A DNA stretch of 64,000 bases from an uncultured Gemmatimonadales bacterium (GTDB lineage: Bacteria > Gemmatimonadota > Gemmatimonadetes > Palauibacterales > Palauibacteraceae). The notes below the pieces were generated by a model, which saw nothing but the letters and a program-made list of their open reading frames with translations, ran no database searches and was not told where the DNA came from. Location of the stretch: NCBI GenBank assembly GCA_963783385.1, contig CAWANJ010000009.1, positions 352,001 to 416,000 on the forward strand, given 5' to 3'. A program made the position numbers and the translations under genes. Below, piece by piece: positions 9,056 through 17,752 of this stretch. Numbering within the stretch: position 1 is the stretch's first letter; each line of letters starts with the position of its first letter.

Positions 9056-12000
9056 ATGGCATCCGGAGCATCCCCGCGCTGGCCCTTCCTGCGGCAGCTG
9101 CTCGGACGGTCCGACGGCACGGGCCCCGAAGCCATGTCGGCGCGGACGCGCGCCCTCAGGGCGCGGACGGAGGGGGCCTCCGTGGCGCGCTCGGTGTGCC
9201 CGTACTGTGGGGTCGGATGCGGACAGTTGGCCTACCACCGCGACGGTGAGCTCCTGTCCATCGAAGGCGACCCGGAGAGCCCCGTGAGCCAGGGGACGCT
9301 GTGCCCCAAGGGCTCCGCCTCCTACCAGCTCATGACCAACCCGTCCCGTCTGGAGCGCGTCCGATACCGGGCGCCCGGAGCCACGGAGTGGAGCGAGCTC
9401 GACCTGGAGACCGCCATGGACATGGTGGCCGACCGGGTGTGGGCGTCGCGGCATCGGACCTTCGTGGAGAGCACGGCCGGCCTCCCAGGCCACGATCCCT
9501 GCCGAACCGGCCCCGACGAAGCCTCCGAGCCTGTGAACCACACCACGGCCGTCGCGCACCTGGGCGGCGCCACCCTGGACAACGAAGAGAACTACCTGAT
9601 CAAGAAGCTGTTCACGGGCGGACTCGGCATGGTGGCCGTCTCCAACCAGGCCCGCATATGACACAGCAGCACGGTGCCCGGTCTGGGCACCTCGTTCGGT
9701 CGCGGCGGCGCCACGACGGCCCAGCAGGACCTCGCTAACGCCGACTGCGTCCTCATCCAGGGCTCGTCCATGGCCGAGGCCCACCCGGTGGGCTTCCGCT
9801 GGGTGATGAAGGCCAAGGAGCGCGGCGCGACGATCATCCACGTCGATCCGCGCTTCTCCCGCACCAGCGCCATGGCCGACCTGTGGGTGCCGATCCGTGC
9901 GGGGGGTGACCTGGCCTTCCTCGGCGGCCTCGTGCACCACATCCTGGAGAACGAGCTCTACTTCGAGCCCTACGTGCGTCACTTCACCAACGCCTCGGTG
10001 ATACTCAAGGAGTCCTTCCGGGACACCGAGGAGCTCGACGGCCTCTTCTCGGGCTGGGACGAGGAGACGAGGAGCTACGACACGTCGAGCTGGCGGTACG
10101 AGGGGGACGAGCTCGACCGGCCCCGCCGGGATCCCTCCCTTCAGCATCCGCGCTGCGTGTTCCAGGTCCTGAGGCGCCACTTCTCGCGCTACACCCCGGA
10201 GATGGTCGAGCGCGTGGCCGGCGTTCCGCCGGAGCTCTTCCAGCGGGTGGCCGACGCGCTGACGGCGGCATCGGGCCCCGAGAGGACGGCGGCGATCTGC
10301 TACGCGGTCGGCTGGACCCAGCACTCCAAAGGTGTCCAGATCATCCGCACCGCGGCGATCATGCAGCTCCTCCTGGGCAACATGGGCCGGCCCGGCGGCG
10401 GCATTCTCGCGCTCCGGGGACACGCCTCGATCCAGGGGTCCACCGACATTCCGACGCTGTACGACATCCTGCCCGGCTACCTGAAGATGCCGAAGGCGGG
10501 GCAGGGCGAGGCCACCCTGGAGGGCTACTACCGCAACAACCGTCGGCGGGGCGGTCTTTGGCACGGGACCCCAGCGTACACGGTGAGCCTGCTCAAGGCC
10601 TACTACGGCGAGCGGGCGACGGCGGAGAACGACTGGGGCTGGCGCTGGCTCCCGAGGGTCACCCGGAACCACTCCCACTTCTCCTACTGGCTCGAGATGG
10701 CCGACGGGGAGGTGGAGGGGTTGTTCATCATGGGACAGAACCCCTCCGTGGGCGCCCAGAACGCGCGACTCGAGCGCCGCGCCCTGGCGAAGCTCAAGTG
10801 GCTGGTCGTGCGGGACCTGGTGGAGATCGAGCCCGCCACGTTCTGGCGCTCGGACTCGCCCGAGGTGCGCCGGGGCGAGCTCGATCCGGAGGAGATCGCC
10901 ACCGAGGTGTTCCTGTTCCCGGCCGCGGGCCACGTGGAGAAGGAAGGCGCCTTCACCCAGACCCAGCGCATGCTCCAGTGGCGCCAGAAGGCCGTGGAGC
11001 CCCCGGGAGATGCCACCAGCGAGGCCTGGTTCATCCACCAGCTCGCCAGGCGGCTGATCGCGAAGGCACGCGAGAGCGACGACTCCCGTGACGAGCCGCT
11101 CCGGGCCCTGGACTGGTGGTACCCGGAGGACGCACACGGCGAACCTCTCATGGAGGCGGTGCTGGCCGAGATCAACGGTTGGTACGTCGACCCGGGGCGG
11201 GGCTCCGACGCCGACGGTGCCATTCGGGGCGAAGGCGAGGAGTCGGCCACGCCCGAGGAGGCGGCCCGCACCGGCCTGTCCGGTCTGGCGCGCCGGGGCG
11301 GCGGGCCGGCGGGGGCCGTCTACCGCTCGGATGCGGCCGGCCAACCCCACCACGGGGCGCAGCTCACCGGCATCCCCGCGCTGCGGGAGGACGGCTCGAC
11401 GGCGTGCGGCTGCTGGATCTACTCGGGCTGCTACGGACCCGATGGGGTGAATCGGGCGCTCAGGCGCGACCCGCACGGTCCGTACGGGCACGGGTGGGGC
11501 TTCGCCTGGCCGGACGACAGGCGCATCCTCTACAACCGGGCCAGCGCCGATCCGGAGGGCCGGCCCTGGAGCGAGCGCAAGAAGCTGGTCTGGTGGAACG
11601 AGGAGGAGGGCCGTTGGACGGGGCTCGACACGCCCGACTTTGCGAAGACGAAGCCGCCTTCCTACCGGCCGCCCGAGGACGCGACGGGGGTGGAGGCGCA
11701 TCGCGGAGACGCGCCCTTCATCCTCCACGATGACGGCCTGGCGTGGTTGTTCGTGCCCACGGGCCTGGCCGACGGGCCGCTGCCCACCTACTACGAGTCC
11801 CTCGAGTCGCCCGTGAAGAACCCGCTCTATGGCCGTCAGAACAACCCGGCGGTGGACTGGCTGCGGCGTCCGGACAACGAATACGCGGAGCTGGACGACC
11901 CACGCTTCCCGTACATCCTGACCACCTACAGACTCACCGAGCACCATACCGGAGGCGGCATGAGCCGCACGCTCTCCCACCTGAGCGAACTCCAGCCCGA

Positions 12001-12364
12001 GCTGTTCGTGGAGATGTCGCCGGAGCTGGCCGGCCAGCTGGGGATCGAGAACGGCGAGTGGGTCACGGTGGCCAGCCTCCGCGGGGCGGTGGAGGCGCGG
12101 GCCCTGCCCACCCGCCGCATCCGGCCGCTCCGGGTCGACGGCCGCACCGTCCACCAGGTGGCGATGCCATTCCACTGGGGCCCCATGGGACCCGTGACGG
12201 GTGACATCACCAACGACCTCGTGCCGATGTCCGAAGAGCCCAACGTGTCCATCCACGAGGGCAAGGTCGTGTTGTGCACGGTCCGGAAGGGACGGAGACC
12301 ACCCGACGGCGAGTTCGACGCCTGGATGGAGGCGCTGCGCGAGGGTAGGGGGGGCACCTCATGA
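9056..12364 (+). CDS. fdnG: Formate dehydrogenase alpha subunit, selenocysteine-containing (TGA 9659-9661 read as Sec)
   Basis: ORFs 8930-9661 and 9674-12364 are in the same frame and separated by a single TGA in NQARI-U-HSSTV; CPYCGVGC...C Fe-S motif; ALRGHASIQGSTD; SECIS follows the TGA. Confidence 0.93.
9673..9691 (+). promoter_or_regulatory. Bacterial SECIS element
   Basis: GGTGCCC-GGTCT-GGGCACC perfect 7-bp stem starting 11 nt after the TGA; GGUCU loop resembles the E. coli fdhF SECIS. Confidence 0.9.
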
Positions 12365-13230
12365 GCATCGGCCAGGGAAGCGAGAGCCCCAACCAGGCCC
12401 CGCACGACTACCTCGCCGAGGGACGGGTGGTCGGCTTCTTCACGGACCCGACCGTGTGCATCGGGTGCAAGGCCTGCGAGGTGGCCTGCAAGGAGTGGAA
12501 CCTCGTCCCCGACGACGGCTACGCCTGGTCGGGGCACTCCTACGACAACTCGGGCGAGCTCGGGGCCTCGACGTGGCGGCACGTGAAGTTCCTCGAGCAG
12601 AATCTGCCGGCCGGGAGCCAGGTGGCCGGGCCGATGACGGTGGACCCCGAGGGCGAAGATCCCTTCCGGTGGCTGTTCGTGTCGGACGTGTGCAAGCACT
12701 GCGAGGAGGCGGGTTGCCTGGAGGCGTGCCCGACCGGCTCGATCGTCCGCACCGCCAACGGAGCCGTGTTCGTTCAAGACGACGTGTGCAACGGCTGTGG
12801 CGCCTGCGTGGTGGGCTGTCCGTTCGGGGTCATCGACCGGCGTCCCGAGCCCCTGCCCGGCGCCGGCGGGGCCTTCAAGTGCACCTTCTGCTACGACCGT
12901 CAGGCGGTCGGCCTGACGCCGGCCTGTGCCAAGGCGTGTCCCACGGAGTCGATCCAGTTCGGACCTCTGGACGAGCTCAAGGAACGCGCTGCCGTCCGGG
13001 TCCACGAGCTGCGGGAGTCCGGCTTCGCCGATGCGCGGATCTACGACGCCGCGGACACCTCCGTTCGGGGCGCGCACGCCTTCTTCCTCCTGCTCGGCGC
13101 CCCCGAAGCGTACGGGCTGCCGCCGAGTCCGGAGGTCCCCACCATCCACCTCGGGCCGGCGTGGGCGTCGGCCCTCACCACGGCGGTGATGGCCATGCTG
13201 ATCGCCGTCGTCGCGTTCGCGTTGTGGTGA
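12361..13230 (+). CDS. fdnH: Formate dehydrogenase beta (4Fe-4S) subunit with C-terminal TM anchor
   Basis: CIGCKACEVAC, CKHC...C...CP, CNGCGACVVGCP and KCTFCYDR motifs. Confidence 0.9.
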   Translation: MSIGQGSESPNQAPHDYLAEGRVVGFFTDPTVCIGCKACEVACKEWNLVPDDGYAWSGHSYDNSGELGASTWRHVKFLEQNLPAGSQVAGPMTVDPEGEDPFRWLFVSDVCKHCEEAGCLEACPTGSIVRTANGAVFVQDDVCNGCGACVVGCPFGVIDRRPEPLPGAGGAFKCTFCYDRQAVGLTPACAKACPTESIQFGPLDELKERAAVRVHELRESGFADARIYDAADTSVRGAHAFFLLLGAPEAYGLPPSPEVPTIHLGPAWASALTTAVMAMLIAVVAFALW

Positions 13231-14279
13231 TGGCGGGCGCCGGAGGCGGACCGGGCACGCCCGGAGGAGCGCAGGAGGACCGGGAACGGCGGCTGGCCGA
13301 GCTGCGCGAGGAGGCGCGTCGCACGGGAACCGTGTCCGCACGCGGGGTGGACGTGGAGGGCGGTCCGCTGCCGGCCGGAGCGAGACCGGCGCAGGCTCCG
13401 GAGGAGCCCGGCTACTACGGGCAGCCGGTCGTCAAGGCCCCGGTGTGGACGTGGGAGATCCCGACCTACTTCTTCGTGGGTGGCCTGGCGGGCATGTCGG
13501 GCGTGATCGCAGCGGCAGCCCGCTTCATCGCGGGCAATGTGGCGGTCGCGGTCGCGGCCCTGTGGATCGCCGCCGTCGGGAGCCTCGTCTCGGCGCTGCT
13601 GCTCATCAGCGACCTCGGACGCTCCTCGCGCTTCCTGAACATGCTGCGCGTGTTCAAGCGTCGCTCACCGATGTCGGTGGGGGCGTGGACGCTTGCGCTG
13701 TTCGGGGGATCCTCGGTCATCGCGCTGGTGCTCGCTTCGGCCCAGCGCCACTTGCTGGCGACGGGCGGAGGCTCGGGGGCGCTGGCGGTTCTGGTCACGA
13801 TGTCCTCGCTCACCACGGCCGTCCTCGGCTCCGTGCTGGGGACCTACACGGGCGTGCTCATCGGGGCCACGGCCATCCCCGCCTGGCATCGCCACCGGAT
13901 CCTTCTGCCGGCGCACTTCGGCATCGCCGGGCTCGGCTCCTCGGCTGCCCTCCTTCAGCTCCTGGGCTTCCACCGGCCCGCACTGCTCGCCATCGCGCTG
14001 GCCGCTTCGGGCGCCGAGTGCCTGATCGGGACCACGGTGGAGCTGGTACGCCACGGTGACGCCGACCGCGCGCTACGGACGGGAGGGTCGGGAGCGCTGC
14101 TCAGGCTGGGCGGTTTGCTGGCAGGACCGGCGGCTTTCGTGTTATGGTTGATAGGCATAATCCCCGTCGGGGCGGTGGCCTTTCTCCTCGGCGCGCTGGT
14201 GAGCCGCTTCGGGTGGTTGGCGGCGGGCCGGGCGTCGGCACGCGATCCGCGGGCGACGTTCGCAGCCCAACGAGGATGA
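13230..14279 (+). CDS. nrfD: NrfD/PsrC-family membrane anchor subunit
   Basis: YYGQPVVKAPVWTWEIPTYFF, DLGR..RFLNMLRVFK..SPMSVG; multiple TMs; ATG overlaps the fdnH stop. Confidence 0.82.
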   Translation: MAGAGGGPGTPGGAQEDRERRLAELREEARRTGTVSARGVDVEGGPLPAGARPAQAPEEPGYYGQPVVKAPVWTWEIPTYFFVGGLAGMSGVIAAAARFIAGNVAVAVAALWIAAVGSLVSALLLISDLGRSSRFLNMLRVFKRRSPMSVGAWTLALFGGSSVIALVLASAQRHLLATGGGSGALAVLVTMSSLTTAVLGSVLGTYTGVLIGATAIPAWHRHRILLPAHFGIAGLGSSAALLQLLGFHRPALLAIALAASGAECLIGTTVELVRHGDADRALRTGGSGALLRLGGLLAGPAAFVLWLIGIIPVGAVAFLLGALVSRFGWLAAGRASARDPRATFAAQRG

Positions 14280-14877
14280 TCTCGGCCGTCGGTGCTCGTT
14301 GCGCCAGCCCTCTCGGGACGCCCGGCGGGGTGGAGAGAGTCAGGGGCGGGACTCGGAACGCATAGGCGGCCTGAGTCTTGCGGCGCCTTCGAGGCGATTA
14401 CGAGAGCGGGGGCCCGGTCGGTGGGCGTCCAGTGGAAGCCTGCCCCACGGCCGCCGCGGAGAGGTTTGCGCGTGCGGTCGGGTCCACCGGACGAGTTCCG
14501 GGCCGACCGGGAGGGAGGTCAGGTACCATGCCGGAACCGGCCGTCCGAAGGTCCCCGACCGGGAGCCATTGGCCCGGAGAGGGATGGGACGGCCTTCCGT
14601 CATGGCCTTTCCCGGGCCGTGAACCCCGTCGGCGGGCCTGGCGGCGGCCACCGCGCGCGACCTGTTCCCGATCCGATCCGGCCCCTCCCGGTTTCTTCTT
14701 CGCTCGTTCTCCGTCGTTCGCTCCGACCCCGTTGATCCCCAATGTCCCCGAGGTGCGCACGGCCGCCGGCTCCACGTGCGGGTGGTCGGCGCGTCACAGG
14801 CCATCCGGTGCGCGCCGCGGCGCGCGCCCCCGACGTCGGACGGCTTCGACCCTATCCCAGCACCCGAGGAGGTAGCG

Positions 14878-16872
14878 ATGCCGACACAGCAATCAGCCAC
14901 CATCGAGGCGAGACTCTCCGAGCAGAAGTCCTTTCCGCCGCCGGAGAGCTTCGTCGAGCAGGCCAACATGAAGGACCCGGGCATCTACGAGCGCTTCGAG
15001 AACTTCCCGGATGGGTTCGTCGAGTACGCGGAGATGCTGGACTGGGACGAGCGCTGGGACAGGGTGCTCGATGCCAGCGATCCGCCTTTCTACCAGTGGT
15101 TCGTGGGCGGCAAGCTTAACGTCTCCAAGAACTGCATCGATCGGCACCTGGACACGCGCGGCGACAAGATCGCCCTCCTGTGGGAGGGCGAGGACGGCGA
15201 GGTCCAGCGCATCACCTACCGGGAGCTGTACAAGCGGGTGAACGAGTTCGCGGCCGGCCTGCGCGCGTTAGGGGTCGAGGAAGGCGACATCGTCACCATG
15301 CACATGCCGATGGTGCCCGAACTGCCGATCGCCATGCTCGCCTGCGCCCGGATCGGGGCACCGCACAGCGTGGTGTTCGGCGGATTCTCGGCCAAGGCGC
15401 TGGCGACCCGGATCGACGACGCGGGGAGTCGGTTCCTCGTGACCATCGACGGCTACTACCGCCGCGGCGAGCTCCTTGATCACAAGTCCAAGGCGGACGC
15501 GGCCCTCTCGATGGTCGATCAGGAGGTCGAGAAGGTGATCGTCTGCACCCGCCACGAGGGGCTCCGAGAAGGCACCGAGCTCGTGGAGGGACGCGATGTC
15601 CTCCTTTCGGACCTGCTCGCGGAGCACCGGGGGGAGACGGTAGAGCCCGTGCCCCGGGACGCCGAGGACATCCTGTTCATCATGTACACCTCGGGCACCA
15701 CGGGCTCGCCCAAGGGGGCCCAGCACCGCACGGGCGGCTACCTGGCCTACGTGACCGGCACGTCGAAGTACGTGCTCGACATCAAGCCGGACGACACCTA
15801 CTGGTGCAACGCGGACATCGGCTGGATCACCGGGCACTCCTACATCGTCTACGGTCCGCTCGCCCTCGGCACCACCTCGGTCATGTACGAGGGGGCGCCC
15901 GACTATCCGGACAAGGACCGTATCTGGGAGATCGCCGAGAAGTACGACGTCGACATCTACCACACGTCGCCGACGGCCGTGCGCATGTTCATGAAGTGGG
16001 GGAGGGAGTATCCGGACAAGCACGACTTCCACTTCCGCCACATGACCACGGTCGGCGAACCGATCCAGCCGATGGCGTGGATGTGGTACTACGAGGTCAT
16101 CGGCCACGAGGAAGCGGTCATCGTGGACACGTGGTGGCAGACGGAGACGGGCGGCCACTTGATCAGCAACCTCCCCGCCCTCCAGGACATGCGGCCCGGC
16201 CACGCCGGGAAGCCGCTGCCGGGGATCGGGGCCAAGCTGCTGGACGACAACCGAGAGGAGATCGGCGCGGGAGCGTCCAAGGCCGGTAACCTGGTCATCA
16301 CGCGGCCGTGGCCCGGGATGCTGCAGACCCTGTACAACGACGACGAGCGGTTCATCAAGGAGTACTGGGAGACCTTCTCCGACACGAGCAGCAAGGACTG
16401 GCACGACTGGGTGTACCGGGCCGGGGATGGGGCCTTCGTTTCGAAGGACGGCTACTTCCGCATTCTGGGACGGCTCGACAATGTCATGAACGTGGCCGGT
16501 CACCGGCTCGGGACCATGGAGCTGGAGAGCGCGGTCTCGCAGGTCGAGGAGGTCGCCGAGGCGGCCGTGGCCGGACGCCAGGACGCCCAGAAGGGCACGG
16601 TGCCGGACGTGTACGTGATCCTTCGCGAGGGCGTCAATGCCAGCGACGCCGTGCGTGGCAAGATCGTCCGCGCGGTCGAGGAGGAGATCGGGAAGTTCGC
16701 CCGGCCGGCCAACGTGCTGTTCGTGGACGACCTGCCCAAGACCCGCTCCGGGAAGATCATGAGGAGACTCCTCGAGAACATCTCCAACGACGAGAAGCTC
16801 GGGGACACCACCACGCTCCGCGATCCGAGCGTGCCCGAGCGCATCCGCGAACAGGTGGGACGCAAGTCGTGA
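14878..16872 (+). CDS. acs: Acetyl-CoA synthetase (AMP-forming)
   Basis: YTSGTTGSPKG, DTWWQTETG and LPKTRSGKIMRR motifs; GAGGAGG RBS before ATG 14878. Confidence 0.96.
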   Translation: MPTQQSATIEARLSEQKSFPPPESFVEQANMKDPGIYERFENFPDGFVEYAEMLDWDERWDRVLDASDPPFYQWFVGGKLNVSKNCIDRHLDTRGDKIALLWEGEDGEVQRITYRELYKRVNEFAAGLRALGVEEGDIVTMHMPMVPELPIAMLACARIGAPHSVVFGGFSAKALATRIDDAGSRFLVTIDGYYRRGELLDHKSKADAALSMVDQEVEKVIVCTRHEGLREGTELVEGRDVLLSDLLAEHRGETVEPVPRDAEDILFIMYTSGTTGSPKGAQHRTGGYLAYVTGTSKYVLDIKPDDTYWCNADIGWITGHSYIVYGPLALGTTSVMYEGAPDYPDKDRIWEIAEKYDVDIYHTSPTAVRMFMKWGREYPDKHDFHFRHMTTVGEPIQPMAWMWYYEVIGHEEAVIVDTWWQTETGGHLISNLPALQDMRPGHAGKPLPGIGAKLLDDNREEIGAGASKAGNLVITRPWPGMLQTLYNDDERFIKEYWETFSDTSSKDWHDWVYRAGDGAFVSKDGYFRILGRLDNVMNVAGHRLGTMELESAVSQVEEVAEAAVAGRQDAQKGTVPDVYVILREGVNASDAVRGKIVRAVEEEIGKFARPANVLFVDDLPKTRSGKIMRRLLENISNDEKLGDTTTLRDPSVPERIREQVGRKS

Positions 16873-16962
16873 ACTGACGGGCCGCGGGCCGCGCGCTTCC
16901 GGCGTCTCCCCCTCGGGGTGAGCACGGGAGGCCTCCACGGACCCACGACCATCCGGACCGGA

Positions 16963-16987
16963 GGGCGGAGCGCGTCGCGCTCCGCCC
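16963..16987. repeat. Intergenic perfect hairpin between acs and satP
   Basis: GGGCGGAGCGC-GTC-GCGCTCCGCCC, 11-bp stem, no U tract. Confidence 0.6.
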
Positions 16988-17052
16988 GACCGGGGGCGCG
17001 GACACGCGCGCTCGGGTCGAGGAAGACGGGACCTCTACAGGGAGGAAAGCCC

Positions 17053-17649
17053 ATGCCTGCACAGACCGACAAGGCGAACCCGGCCCCACTGGGCCTGGTC
17101 GGGTTCGGACTCACCACGGTGCTCCTCAGCATGATCAACGCGCACTGGATCGGCGGAGAGGGGGTGGTGGTTCCCCTGGCGATCGCCTACGGAGGCACGA
17201 TTCAGCTCTTCGCGGGCATCCTGGAGTACGGCAGGGGCAACACCTTCGGGCTGACAGCCTTCACCAGCTACGGGGCGTTCTGGTGGTGGTGGGCGCTGCT
17301 TCACGTCTTCTCCGCCACGGGCTGGATCTCGCTCGAGGGCGCCGCCCCCACCATCGGCTGGGCCCTCATTCTCTGGGGCATTTTCACCACCTACATGTGG
17401 GTCGGCACCTTCGCCCTGAACTGGGCGCTGTGGTGGGTGTTCCTCACGCTGTCCGTGACCTTCTATCTGCTGGGTCTGGGGGAGCTTCTGGGCGCGGCGC
17501 GCCTGGGCACCCTGGGTGGATACCTCGGAATCGTCACCGGACTCCTGGCCATGTACACGAGCTTCGGCGAGGTCGTCAACTGGTGCTTCGACGGGAGCGT
17601 GCTTCCGCTGGGAGGTCGACCGGCGGGCCGTTCCTCGATGGCGGGCTAG
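17053..17649 (+). CDS. satP: Acetate uptake transporter (SatP/YaaH, GPR1/FUN34 family)
   Basis: ANPAPLGLVGFGLTT signature, GNTFG..AF.SYG.FW; GGAGG RBS. Confidence 0.92.
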   Translation: MPAQTDKANPAPLGLVGFGLTTVLLSMINAHWIGGEGVVVPLAIAYGGTIQLFAGILEYGRGNTFGLTAFTSYGAFWWWWALLHVFSATGWISLEGAAPTIGWALILWGIFTTYMWVGTFALNWALWWVFLTLSVTFYLLGLGELLGAARLGTLGGYLGIVTGLLAMYTSFGEVVNWCFDGSVLPLGGRPAGRSSMAG

Positions 17650-17752
17650 ACGATCGGACGGACCGATCGATCGGGGCGTGGGCCCCGGCCGTCCGGGGCC
17701 CCGCTCGACTTCACGTTCACAGACGGATGGGAACGACGAAGGAGCAGTAGTC

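Noticed and set aside
8930-9661. Separate small FDH N-terminal gene, or FDH pseudogene
   Set aside because: The stop is a Sec codon with a SECIS; the downstream ORF is in the same frame
8990-12256. Long antisense ORFs (e.g. 8990-12256, 34711-37350, 44283-46886, 51091-53424, 61122-63917)
   Set aside because: Shadows of real genes caused by high GC3 codon bias; no recognisable motifs
14280-14877. tRNA-Sec next to the selenoprotein operon
   Set aside because: No UCA anticodon arm or cloverleaf seen on either strand
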